Assembly: GCA_010015805.1 (NCBI GenBank) | Contig: ML978126.1 | Span: forward strand, 1,240,001 to 1,304,000 | Direction of reading: 5' to 3' | DNA: 64,000 nt | Origin: Rhizodiscina lignyota | Taxonomy: Eukaryota | In this document: in pieces, positions 13,541 to 23,598 of the stretch | How positions within the stretch are numbered: position 1 is the stretch's first letter | Layout: every line of letters begins with the position of its first letter | Notes under the pieces: model-generated | Seen by the model: the letters and a program-made list of their open reading frames with translations, nothing else | What the model was told of the DNA's origin: nothing | Database searches by the model: none | Made by a program: the position numbers and the translations under genes

Positions 13541-13773
13541 CCGTAGCTTCCGGCTCAATAAGCACTGCGCTAGGAGCGCTACAGCACCGGGGGTATGAGC
13601 GCTCAACTTGATTTAGCTATTGGCACTGTTTAGATCTACATATCTTCGACACCCCTTTTCAAACTCTAGACCGTTAGACTATAACGTTAATACTAACTAA
13701 ACATAGATGAGCGCTTACATCCCCTACGCCGTGGCACTTTCTAGCGCAGTGCCTGTTGAGCCGGAAGTTACGG
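13541..13773. mobile_element. MITE-like foldback element (233 bp), TA-flanked, Tc1/mariner-type
   Basis: Left arm CCGTAGCTTCCGGCTCAATAAGCACTGCGCTAG.. versus the reverse complement of the right arm CCGTAACTTCCGGCTCAACAGGCACTGCGCTAG... The imperfect inverted repeat extends about 75-80 bp, with TA on both sides (13539-13540, 13774-13775). Confidence 0.8.
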
Positions 13774-14086
13774 TATGAACATTAAGGATGCCTTAACTCT
13801 TACCCCTGTAACTGCAGAGTACCACATACACCGGACGAATATGTTTCCAGATTGATTCAAAGTGCGAAAGATCGGGGAGTTGAGAAAGATAATACTGTCC
13901 GAAAGCCGAAAATGCCGTATTTAGCTGTACTCCAGCCACCTTCTTCAACTTAAAAGGTAAAACAAGCTCACTGCTATCCAGCCAGGCATGCCTCAAGCTT
14001 CATAACCAGACAGAACCGAAGAAAACAGTTTGTGTCTCCTTTCGGCGAGCAGTAATCACTGAGGACTCTCGAACAACGAAGAAGCA

Positions 14087-14713
14087 ATGGATGTCACAAA
14101 CTTGGATCATGAGAAGATCCTCGAGGAGGCATTCTCCAATTCGAAGAACACCGCCGTTGAATTTCCCCCGGCTGATGTAAACGACATCATCTTACGAAAA
14201 TACAATGTCGACAAACCATTCACTTACACCCGGACCCAGTTGTGGGATATGGAACTCCGCAAAGCTTCCCGCCCCGATATATTCTTGGGTCCCTTGGTCA
14301 AGCCTGGTAGTTTGGAAGTATTTCCATCAACCCGCCGAGGGAACCTCGAGGACTTCACACGCATTACGCAGCAACGCCGCTGGAAGGATCCTTCCAGGTT
14401 CACGACGGTCATTGAGCATGTCCGGATTGATCATGATGCACATCGGATATTCTTCATCGGAGACAAAGAGTTCGTGGCTCCTGATGGGAGGAAATTCACT
14501 GCTGGACCAGATCAAGCGCTCTTTCACGTGGAACATTCGACCACTGGGCCTGAAGAAAAGCCTTTGAATCTCTGGCGGATTGTCAATTTGACAGGTGGTA
14601 GGGACGAGGAGTTGCTCAAGGTGTTGGATGGTATGTCGAAAGATCCATATCTTCCCCCTTTTAACGAAGTGTACATTCGTGAGGTCATGGGCTTGAAGTT
14701 GGAACGGAAATGA
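14087..14713 (+). CDS. Hypothetical protein, possibly START/SRPBCC-fold (DUF1857/AtaL-like)
   Basis: Intronless 208-aa ORF with protein-like composition. TRTQLWDMELRKASRPDIFL resembles the N-terminal motif of DUF1857 proteins (recalled similarity). Confidence 0.65.
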   Translation: MDVTNLDHEKILEEAFSNSKNTAVEFPPADVNDIILRKYNVDKPFTYTRTQLWDMELRKASRPDIFLGPLVKPGSLEVFPSTRRGNLEDFTRITQQRRWKDPSRFTTVIEHVRIDHDAHRIFFIGDKEFVAPDGRKFTAGPDQALFHVEHSTTGPEEKPLNLWRIVNLTGGRDEELLKVLDGMSKDPYLPPFNEVYIREVMGLKLERK

Positions 14714-15056
14714 ATGGTAATTGATCAAACTGAAGTTATGTTCGTATCTTGGGTTCGGGATGATTTTGCAAGGTTTGATACATACCTTGCAAAGGACGTC
14801 TAAGGGTCGTTCTTTATACATGGCAAAATAGCATCGCTGGAAATGTCTGGCTCGACTAAGATGATCCATATTGTCGATAAATTAGAAGATTCTTTCAGAT
14901 GATGAATGATTTCCCCTAAGGAGTATTTTCTCACAAATGTTAAATGGAGACGCTGACGGGTGCGCCAAGCCTGCGATCCATAACTCACATTACGATGCAT
15001 TTTCGCATTGAACTCCACATATACCTTGAAGATTGCGATCTATCCATTCGACCGAT

Positions 15057-15563
15057 ATGTCATCAATAACAATAGCGTCTCTGCCTCGCCTCTCCCGCGA
15101 ATCTCTTGCATCTCGTCTCCTCTCCTCTCCCGAAGCGTCCTCGTCCGTCGCAATAATCGATGTCCGTGGCAGCGACTACATTGGCGGCCACATTCGTGGC
15201 TGCGTCAATGTCCCCTCCTCAGACCTCGATTGGCGGACCCCAGAGCTCGTGCGGACGTTGAAGGATAAAGACATGGTCGTCTTTCACTGCGCTTTGTCAC
15301 AGCAACGCGGTCCGGCGGCCGCGCTGAGATACTTGAGGGAGAGGGAGCGATTGCTAGGCGCGAGCGGTGCCGGAGTGGATACGAAACAGACATCTGGCCT
15401 TGAGAAAGAAGAACAAGACGGTGCAAAGGAGGGAGTGGGTAAGAGTAAGGGACAGGAGGTATATATATTGGATGGCGGCTTCGTCAAATGGCAGGAGAAG
15501 TACGGCGAGGATGAGAAGCTTACGGAGAATTACAAAAAAGATATTTGGGAGTTCGGATACTGA
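15057..15563 (+). CDS. ibp1: Cdc25-like phosphatase / arsenate reductase (rhodanese fold, Ibp1/Ych1/Acr2 family)
   Basis: IIDVRGSDYIGGHIRG, active-site loop VFHCALSQQRGP (HCX5R), VYILDGGFVKWQEKYGED. Confidence 0.88.
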   Translation: MSSITIASLPRLSRESLASRLLSSPEASSSVAIIDVRGSDYIGGHIRGCVNVPSSDLDWRTPELVRTLKDKDMVVFHCALSQQRGPAAALRYLRERERLLGASGAGVDTKQTSGLEKEEQDGAKEGVGKSKGQEVYILDGGFVKWQEKYGEDEKLTENYKKDIWEFGY

Positions 15564-15984
15564 AAAACGCCTTGCCACGGACGGACAACACTTGTCCTAA
15601 AATCCACTCCTACAAAAGCCTGTGAACTACTTCGGATGTCTTCAGTCCATGTTGCTCGTCGCTTCAGTATTCGGCTTCGAAGGATCTTTTTGCCCTTCCG
15701 GATCCATCACATGCGACAGCGGCGATCTTTATTGCCCTCGAGCTTGAATCACGCATAGAAGGACTGAGCACACTGGAGGAGCACCCATACCAAGGATCAT
15801 GTGAGTGCATGGGCGAAGGATGAAGGGTATACGACGAAGAACGAGGAAAGCAGGACGCTTATCACGCTTGATATGATAATTGATACCCTTTAACTAATCG
15901 ATTTTACTGTATACCCGTCCGCCATTCGTCTCTTTCCCATATAGCGATAGGCCCTGCAAGAAATGCCTCCCGGCGCACAGCAAG

Positions 15985-16861
15985 TCATCCGTATCTGTTT
16001 GGAAGCTCTCGCGCAGAAATATTTTCATGTGCTCCTTTGCCTTCTTCTGGTTGCGCTCCCTCTGACTGTTCTACTTGTTGTGTCTTTCTGCCTCTGAAAA
16101 TTGAAAGAGCGATGGCAGCAAACCAGAAGAGATAGAAGCAACCCGCGACTACACTGTACACGATGACCCAGGTTTTGTCTGAACCGGCCAACTGAAGGCC
16201 AAGACCACCATTGATGACTCCGAGGATGATGAAGGTCCGGCCCCACCAACGATGTCCGATGCCGAAGGGGGTCGGCTGCTGCCTCTTCGTCCAGATTAAG
16301 TGGTGAGTAAATCCAACGAGCGGTTGTAGGAAGAGCGCTCCAATGACAATGATACCAATAATCGGGTGGCCATTGCTCGTTACTAGCTGATATCGCGGTC
16401 AGTCACGTTTGCTACTCGCACTTGAAGAATGGGTCCTCACGCTGCCAAAGGTGCCCACGACGTAGAAAGCGATGCCAAATGCTGCAAGAGCAACCACGTA
16501 TGACAATACTTGCCACCCGGCATGGAACCAGACCACGCCTCGAAAGCGGAAAATCTTCATGATCGTTGCTCCAAATGGAAAGAGTATTGTGAACGCAATG
16601 CCCATCATGAGGCCATGTGCCCATATGAGTTGTTGTGTGAGAGATGGACCGCTTGTCTGAACTGGTGCTGCTGCCGCGGACGAAGAGGATGAACTCTCGG
16701 TCGAGTTTCCTCCTCCTCTGGGCGAACCATCGTTGTGGCCGTGAATGCCTTGCGCTGTTGATGTCAGCAGCTACGATCACATTGGGGATACCAGCTGAAA
16801 TACCTAATGCGAGCAGAAGCCCAGCCGACAACACTAGATCAAGCTTATGCACTATTGTCAT
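15985..16861 (-). CDS. Cytochrome b561/ferric-reductase-like integral membrane protein with signal peptide
   Basis: Three exons (introns about 16752-16803 and 16386-16440). Four heme-ligand His motifs in TM helices: WAHGLMM, WFHAGWQ, GHPIIG, GHRWWGR. Confidence 0.82.
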
Positions 16862-18922
16862 ATTGGCTGAGCTTTGCCAACTTCACGATAGGAGTGGTGA
16901 TAAGTGATGAATAACGAATCAATGTGGGTAAGGGATTGAGAAAGTGGAGAAGAGCAAGTGCTCCAAAATGGCTGACAGAAAAGATATAGAGACACAATAA
17001 AGTAAGCTTAAGTTGGAAGTACTTATAGCCAAATGGTACAAATAACGAATGCCGGTCAACGCAGCGGAAGTCCAACTCAAGACTTTCGTCTCTTGCAGTG
17101 CCATTGAATTACTGCATGCCAAGTGTGATGAGGATTCCATGCTGGCGTGGAACAAGCCGCGGTCATCGATACCCTGGGCCAGAGTTTACTAGGTGTTGTG
17201 AAGGTCATGTTGTTTAGCCCTACTGGAACTTTTGCGGAGCCCCGCCAAAGCCCGATGTGTTTGACGTAGTCGTCCTTAAGCCTTGATAGAAGGGAAGCAG
17301 CTGGACGCGCAAGTCCTATCGACGCTCATGGTATCATAGCAGTGTCTTAACTTGACAATCGACCAATTAAGAGACAACTAGTGGTAGATTCTTGCTCTTT
17401 TTGGGTATGGCCCCCCTGCAGTTTGACTTGCAATTGGTACCACTTTCCAGTTGATGTACAGAAGCTTGTTTCAACATTCCCAAAGAAGTTTACTGGGGAG
17501 CCAAGGGACTTAGAATGGGGCGAAGCATCAATCGGAGATGTTAGAGCTGTCTCCGGGTAGTAAGCGTACTTCAGTATTTTTCTTGGCACATTTGATAAAC
17601 CTCAGAAGCTGGGGTGACCGTCGCAGAAGATGAAGATGAAGATTACTATGATTGGGCATTCAAGCGGAAAACATTGGGGGCCAAGGATGGGGATAGGGAG
17701 TTAGGAAATATGAGACACCTATTTCATGCTATGGCAGACAACTGTGAGTTCCAGCATCGGGACGGTACTTCAAGTCGGTATGCCGGCTAACGATTGCGGG
17801 ATTACGCCATTCTCCACGGCGGACGTCTTCCGCAAAGGTGGATGACGTGTTCTATCGCTCAGTAATCGTACATCGTACGTCAAAGTTTCTTGGTAGTCTC
17901 CCATTTTGCTGTCCATCGGCCCGTACACTTTATCGGGATCCCAAGCCTCTGGGCGTCTGGGCCGCGTGGAAGCTGTTGAGGCATGCGAAATGCAAAGTCG
18001 ATCTGTCTTCGATTCGAAACAGAGCAAACTTTGCATACAAGAGTGCAAGGGCCTAATACTGAGACTGCGATACTATCGAGTCCATCTCTCGTCGGGAAGA
18101 TGACGCGGCAAATGTCTCGGAGTCTTGGTTCTCGTGGCTGTGTTGGTGAGCCGGCCTTCCTCTTCACATCGACATCATTTCGCTTCGAAAATGTCGGCCC
18201 TATTCTTCAGCATCTGAGTCGATGATGGCGCCGCTCGCCAATTTTATGTTGGCTTCCAGCTCGAGCACGGCGATTGGAGCCAAGTTGAAGTGACAAGAAT
18301 GGCTGCTAACCATAATTCGGAACTTGCCGTTTGTCACACAGAAACAACCAAAAGCAAAACCTCATAGCAGCTTTGTCATCAAAAGGAATTAAATTTTGAC
18401 ACCGACATGAAAAACTAGACCCTCACAAACAGCTTTAGACATGTATTCTAGCACCCCTTAAGTGTTGCTGGCGATATTCAAAGTGGAGCCAATTTGCTGG
18501 TTCGGAGAGGTCATGTTTGAACAAACATGAGATGCGTCTTGGCGCCTATCCTTGAAACATTACAGTAGGAATGGACTAGCGCATATTAGGCTTCATTTAC
18601 GTCTGTCCACCGCGTCGCGTCTTCTTCGCAACCTCTCAATCAAGTCTGTGCAACATGTCGACGCCAGAACTCAACAACCAGAGAGGCCTGCGGCTACTCT
18701 GTCTCTTGGCGTCCCCGTCATGCGTCAAACCGAGTCAAAAATGACAACATTAGCTCTAACCTATGACGGCGCCGTCCATGGTGCTTCTCTGTGTAGTACC
18801 GACTGGGACAAATTGCCGTCTAAGCTGAGTCAATATCATTGACAGAAGTTCACACTTTCGGTCCTATCGATGTTCTTCGGTGAGCGTGCTGAAGAAGGCA
18901 GATTTCCAAATCCTTTCCATTT

Positions 18923-18955
18923 CGGCAGCACTTTGCCGACAGCTAGCGGTATAAA
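18923..18955 (+). promoter_or_regulatory. Putative Zn2Cys6 site (CGG-N10-CCG) followed by TATAAA
   Basis: CGGCAGCACTTTGCCG at 18923-18938 and TATAAA at 18950-18955, about 120 bp upstream of ATG 19070. Related motifs lie at 21195 and 25991. Confidence 0.45.
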
Positions 18956-19069
18956 CATCTGTTCTATCTAATCGTGTTTTGCCAGTCATAATATAGTCCT
19001 TAGCTACAAATGTAGCAATCTATCGCCGCGCTTCCTTCTGTACCACGCTATTCTCAAACTGCAAGAAAG

Positions 19070-19816
19070 ATGGTCAACGCTATCACTGCCCCTCGCTGCG
19101 AGTTCGGCGTCATCCAGCCGTCGACAAACACCTCGGTCGAAGCTGAGTTCAATTGGATGCTAGTACCAGGGGTATCATGGCATTCCGCGCGGATCTGGAT
19201 ACCAGAGCCGAAGATGGACAGCGATAAGGCATTTGAATCAGTACTGGAAGATGTACGGGCTTCGATTGAAGACGCGGTCAAGAGTGTCATGAGTTGTCAG
19301 CCCGACTACCTCGTCATGGGCATGTCTGTTGAGTCCTTCTGGGGTGGTAAGGATGGGGCGGAGAAATTCACGGCCTGGATGAAGGAACTCTCTGGTCTCG
19401 ATGTTACTACGGGAGCGGCAGCTTGCGAAGCGGCTTTGGACGCTTATAAAGCAAAGAAGATTGGAGTCATAACGCCATATCAGCCAGTTGGCGACAAGCA
19501 AGTGTTCGACTTTTTCACCCAGATGGACTACGAAGTCAAAGCGATACACGGCCTAAAGTGCACAACGATGACGAACATTGCAGATGTGACCGAAGATCAG
19601 ATGAGGGATGCATTTCGAAAAGTCAACGTGCCTGGGACTGACGCACTTATTCAAGCAGGTACTAATCTAGCGTGCGCCAAAGTTGCTGCAGAAATGGAAA
19701 AGGAGCTTGGGAAGCCCGTAATTGCGATCAATACTGCAACTGTATGGCATAGTTACCGGACTAATGGAATCATGGACCAGATCTCAGGATTTGGCTCCCT
19801 GCTGGAGGAACACTGA
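19070..19816 (+). CDS. Asp/Glu/hydantoin racemase superfamily protein (maleate isomerase / arylmalonate decarboxylase-like)
   Basis: GVIQPSTNTSVEAEF, KKIGVITPY, QAGTNL, AEMEKELGKPVIAINTAT, GFGSLL; intronless 248 aa. Confidence 0.88.
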   Translation: MVNAITAPRCEFGVIQPSTNTSVEAEFNWMLVPGVSWHSARIWIPEPKMDSDKAFESVLEDVRASIEDAVKSVMSCQPDYLVMGMSVESFWGGKDGAEKFTAWMKELSGLDVTTGAAACEAALDAYKAKKIGVITPYQPVGDKQVFDFFTQMDYEVKAIHGLKCTTMTNIADVTEDQMRDAFRKVNVPGTDALIQAGTNLACAKVAAEMEKELGKPVIAINTATVWHSYRTNGIMDQISGFGSLLEEH

Positions 19817-19895
19817 TTGAGGAGTCGATATTGACTCTGTCGTCGGCGGCGATGTTGAGGCTGCAGCAACTCAGGATGTCGAATAGTCTCTGCTT

Positions 19896-20984
19896 TCAAT
19901 GGCATCCACAACCTCCGATATCCAACAGTTTGATTGCGTTCTCGCCCATTATTTGTTGATATTCTTTACTCTCTTTTCCGAATCCTTCTCTGACCGCACG
20001 CTCATTGCTCCACATACTGGGAATTTCATCACCACCATCTACCGGCAGGAAAAACGGGTGGTCGGTCCCGAACATGACTCGATCAGATCCTGCCGCTTCG
20101 ACTGCCATCTTTAACGGAATCTTGTCATATACGATACCGTCCATATATACATTCTTCTTCAAAACGTCCCAGATAGTCCGTCGATCAGCTTTAGCTTTCC
20201 CTTGGGAATGCCACAGCCTATCGTGATCGATGGCATTTTCAACGCGTCCAGCCAGGAATGGGAGCGTCCCACCTGCGTGCGAGACAATGAACCGCAACTC
20301 TGGCACTTCTTGAAACGCCCCAGAGAGGATGAGCCGAGTCATGGCAATGGTTGTCTCCAGCGGAAAGCCCATGGATATGGGCAAGATCTGTCCGTATTCC
20401 TTCGCTCGCTTTCCCCACACTTCCTCCGGTAACCCATAATTAGGGTGAAGAAAGATTGGAAGGTTATTCTCCGCAAGAGTACGATACACCTGTATCAGAG
20501 ATGGATCGTCAAGGCCCTCACCCATACCGTTGCATCCCATCACAATCCCACGCACGTGTGATAATGAGGATACGCGTTTGATCTCTGCAAGAATAACATC
20601 GTGGGAACCGCTCAACGGCAGGCACGCAAAGAAGAAAAGTCGATTTGGAACGGCCGCGCATAGTTCGTTGAACTTATCGTTCACCTCCTTGGCAACTTCG
20701 CCAGCGCCCTCGGGCTCGAGGAAGTCCAACCATGGATTCCCGATCGACAATATCGAGATATCGATTTTGTGCAAATCCATGAACTTAATCTTTGTTTGTA
20801 CATCGTAAAGGACTGGTATTATTGGCTTGCCTGCTCCAGCTGCAGAGGCTCGATTGATGAACTTGTTGTCTTTGACGTAAGGCGCAACGGTCCGGGATTT
20901 CAGCAGGTCGAAATAGAATGTCGGGTAGAGATGACTGTGTACATCTACTACGGTGATTTTCTTCGCTGGAGTGGACTCGGCCAT
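19896..20984 (-). CDS. Amidohydrolase-2 family decarboxylase, uracil-5-carboxylate (iso-orotate) decarboxylase-like paralog
   Basis: Metal ligands VDVHSH, FLHP and GTDHPFF. Also SIGNPWLDFL, GFPLETTIA, SHAGGTLPFLAGR and RRTIWDVLK, as in fungal IDCases. Confidence 0.88.
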   Translation of the reverse strand: MAESTPAKKITVVDVHSHLYPTFYFDLLKSRTVAPYVKDNKFINRASAAGAGKPIIPVLYDVQTKIKFMDLHKIDISILSIGNPWLDFLEPEGAGEVAKEVNDKFNELCAAVPNRLFFFACLPLSGSHDVILAEIKRVSSLSHVRGIVMGCNGMGEGLDDPSLIQVYRTLAENNLPIFLHPNYGLPEEVWGKRAKEYGQILPISMGFPLETTIAMTRLILSGAFQEVPELRFIVSHAGGTLPFLAGRVENAIDHDRLWHSQGKAKADRRTIWDVLKKNVYMDGIVYDKIPLKMAVEAAGSDRVMFGTDHPFFLPVDGGDEIPSMWSNERAVREGFGKESKEYQQIMGENAIKLLDIGGCGCH

Positions 20985-21194
20985 GGTAGAATACGAAATG
21001 TTCGCGTGATCACGTGCAGTCCCTGGATTTGCGCGCGATCTTCGTTCGGCTCGCGACGTGGAATGCGGAAACGATTTTGAACTTCCCTCCTCCCGACAGC
21101 CACCATTCTCAACACATCTTTCTACAGAGGCATTAAAAGCTCGTGACGACTTACCGGAAGCACGTCAAAGCCATCGGAAGGTGGTTCGATCCCA

Positions 21195-21210
21195 CGGCAG
21201 CCGGCAGCCG
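21195..21210. promoter_or_regulatory. Putative Zn2Cys6 site (CGG-N10-CCG) in divergent promoter
   Basis: CGGCAGCCGGCAGCCG between the divergent decarboxylase and monooxygenase genes. Confidence 0.45.
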
Positions 21211-21743
21211 TCAATTCTGCACGCACTGACTGCGTGCGGTTGCAAGCATGCGCCCCAGTCAGAGGCAACGAACGCGTCTCACACCTCTCGAAAGCGATCA
21301 TCACTGCACCGACTACAGGATGATAAGCCTTTCAATAGGCTACTGGATCAGATTCTCCTTACTCAAGAGACGGTAGGCTTGCATACTCGAATTCTCTAAC
21401 GCCATAATATTTCCAATATGCCGAACGTTGGCCCGCATGCTGGGTTCCGGTACATCTTCCTCAACTCAAGGAGCAGACTTCTCTGCAAAAGGTCAGGTGT
21501 CTTAACGGGTAGCTACGGTACTCGTTAATTGTCCATAAAGCTATGTCCTTCGTATTCTGCGGTCTCGTTTAATGTGTTATGTCTGATTTAAGGGCCCGGG
21601 CCTGTCAACCTTGCCAAGTCGTTAAAGGATACGCATACCCTTCCCTTTCTGTCGTTTGCTAGATAATAGTCTATGTATCTTTAGATTCATTGCTCTCTCT
21701 TCTGCCCGTCATATATTACTATCATCACGTGCTGAATAAGGCC

Positions 21744-23129
21744 ATGGGGGCCGTTTTCAACGGTCAGGAACCTCTTCACATTGCCATCATTGGCGCGGGG
21801 ATTGGAGGTCTCTCGCTTGCAAATGGCCTCCTCAGACAAGGAGTCTCGTACACACTCTACGAGGCAGCGAAATGCTACAGCGCCGTCGGCGCCGGTGTTG
21901 GTTTGGGCCCAAATGCCATACACGCGCTAGACGCCATCGATCATCGACTAAGTGCGCTGTACAACGACATTTCTTCTGGAAATGTTACGCCCGGTAAAGA
22001 TCATGTAATGATGGACGGGATGTTGCTGGAAGAAGGCTTCGGCGAGAAACGAGGGTTGAAGCCGATTCCATATGGAGCGCAGTGCTACAACCGAACATCA
22101 GCACATCGGAAAGCATTACTGGATATCCTCACAAGTGGAATACCTATCAATACCGTCAAGTTCAATTATCGAGTCAAGAGCATCGACCAAAAGAGCGACA
22201 GAGTGGTTATTGCTTTTGATAATGGAGAAGTCGTTGAAGCAAGCTGCGTGATCGGATGCGACGGAGTAAAGGGTGTTACCCGACCTCTCGTTCTCGGACA
22301 GAAGTGGCCGGACCTAGTCAAGGCAAAATACACTGGTAGATACGTTTACCGCGCGGTCGTGCCGATGGAGAAGGCTATGGAGGTCCTGGGAAAAGATTGT
22401 CTCGGGAACGAGATTGCAGGCGACGCACGGATGATGATGCATGAGGGCGCAATCATTACCACCTTTCCAATATCGAGGGGTAAAGAGTGCAATATGGTTG
22501 CGTTCAAATTCGATGGCCGCAGCGAGTGGCCATATGAAGAGTGGACTCACCCTGTCAGCAAGGAGACCATGGTGAAAGACTTCGAGGAGCTTGGTGTCGA
22601 TCAGCGTATGATTCGATTCTTGGATTGGGCTACACCGCTGCAGTGGTCTGTCCATGATCATCCAGAGACCCCAATATACTACAACCACCTCATCTGCCTC
22701 CTCGGGGATTCAGCGCACGCAACGACACCTCATCAAGCTTCCGGTGCGGGTCAATGCATCGAAGACGCTTTCGTACTTTCACGGTTGCTCGGACTCGTCG
22801 CCGCACCCACTCAACTTGACGCCGCCTTCCGAGCGTACGACAGTATTCGCCGCCCGAGAGCTCAGAAAGTCGTCCAGACAAGCAGAGAGGCCGCAGACAT
22901 CTTCACACTGAAGGCGCCAGGCATTGGAGCCGACATGAACAAAATTGTGGCGAACATGAATGAAAGATTCTTGTGGATATGGGATCATGATCTGCTTGCG
23001 GATGCTGAGAAGGCAAAGAGTGAATTCTACAAGTTGACAGAGACGGGTAAGCAAAGGAACGGATCGGTCGAGCTCAAGTCAGCCCCAATGGCTAATGTGG
23101 AGGAGGTACAAATCCTCCTAGCAGCGTGA
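21744..23129 (+). CDS. Group A FAD-dependent monooxygenase (salicylate hydroxylase-like)
   Basis: GAGIGG dinucleotide motif, DG motif GCDGVKG, GD motif LLGDSAHATTPHQASGAGQCIEDA, YDSIRRPRAQKV; intronless. Confidence 0.92.
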   Translation: MGAVFNGQEPLHIAIIGAGIGGLSLANGLLRQGVSYTLYEAAKCYSAVGAGVGLGPNAIHALDAIDHRLSALYNDISSGNVTPGKDHVMMDGMLLEEGFGEKRGLKPIPYGAQCYNRTSAHRKALLDILTSGIPINTVKFNYRVKSIDQKSDRVVIAFDNGEVVEASCVIGCDGVKGVTRPLVLGQKWPDLVKAKYTGRYVYRAVVPMEKAMEVLGKDCLGNEIAGDARMMMHEGAIITTFPISRGKECNMVAFKFDGRSEWPYEEWTHPVSKETMVKDFEELGVDQRMIRFLDWATPLQWSVHDHPETPIYYNHLICLLGDSAHATTPHQASGAGQCIEDAFVLSRLLGLVAAPTQLDAAFRAYDSIRRPRAQKVVQTSREAADIFTLKAPGIGADMNKIVANMNERFLWIWDHDLLADAEKAKSEFYKLTETGKQRNGSVELKSAPMANVEEVQILLAA

Positions 23130-23598
23130 AAGCCACCTAACTAAGAGCGTTACTCTTCCCGTGTTCTGATATTTTGTGTAAAGAGGGGCTTACTGGTGTA
23201 TGTCTGCATTTGCATATATTTCGGATAGGACATCTCAAGAGCATCAGCATTGCAACAGCTGTCTGGGTATCCGAATAGATTCTGAATTAGAATTGAGCAA
23301 AATACGAGAACATGTAATGACAAGTTAATATGTGGACCTAGGGATGCAAAAACAGCCAAGTTTGGAGCAGCTAGAAATTCCCACAACGAGCGTGCTGTTC
23401 CAATTCTAAAGGGAAATTAAGAGCATTTCTGAAAATGTAATCATATCGTCGAAATCATGTTCAACGAGATTGCGCATCTACGATATTCATTCTAAAAATC
23501 GGGCGAAAATTATATCAGCACGAGCAGTTCAATATCTTGAAGCGGTGGCATAACTAATTTATCACCTTCACGGCAAAGTACTCTACAATTTAATGAAA

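Noticed and set aside
17340..18260. Short ORFs on both strands before the cluster
   Set aside because: No motif and no consistent splice model.
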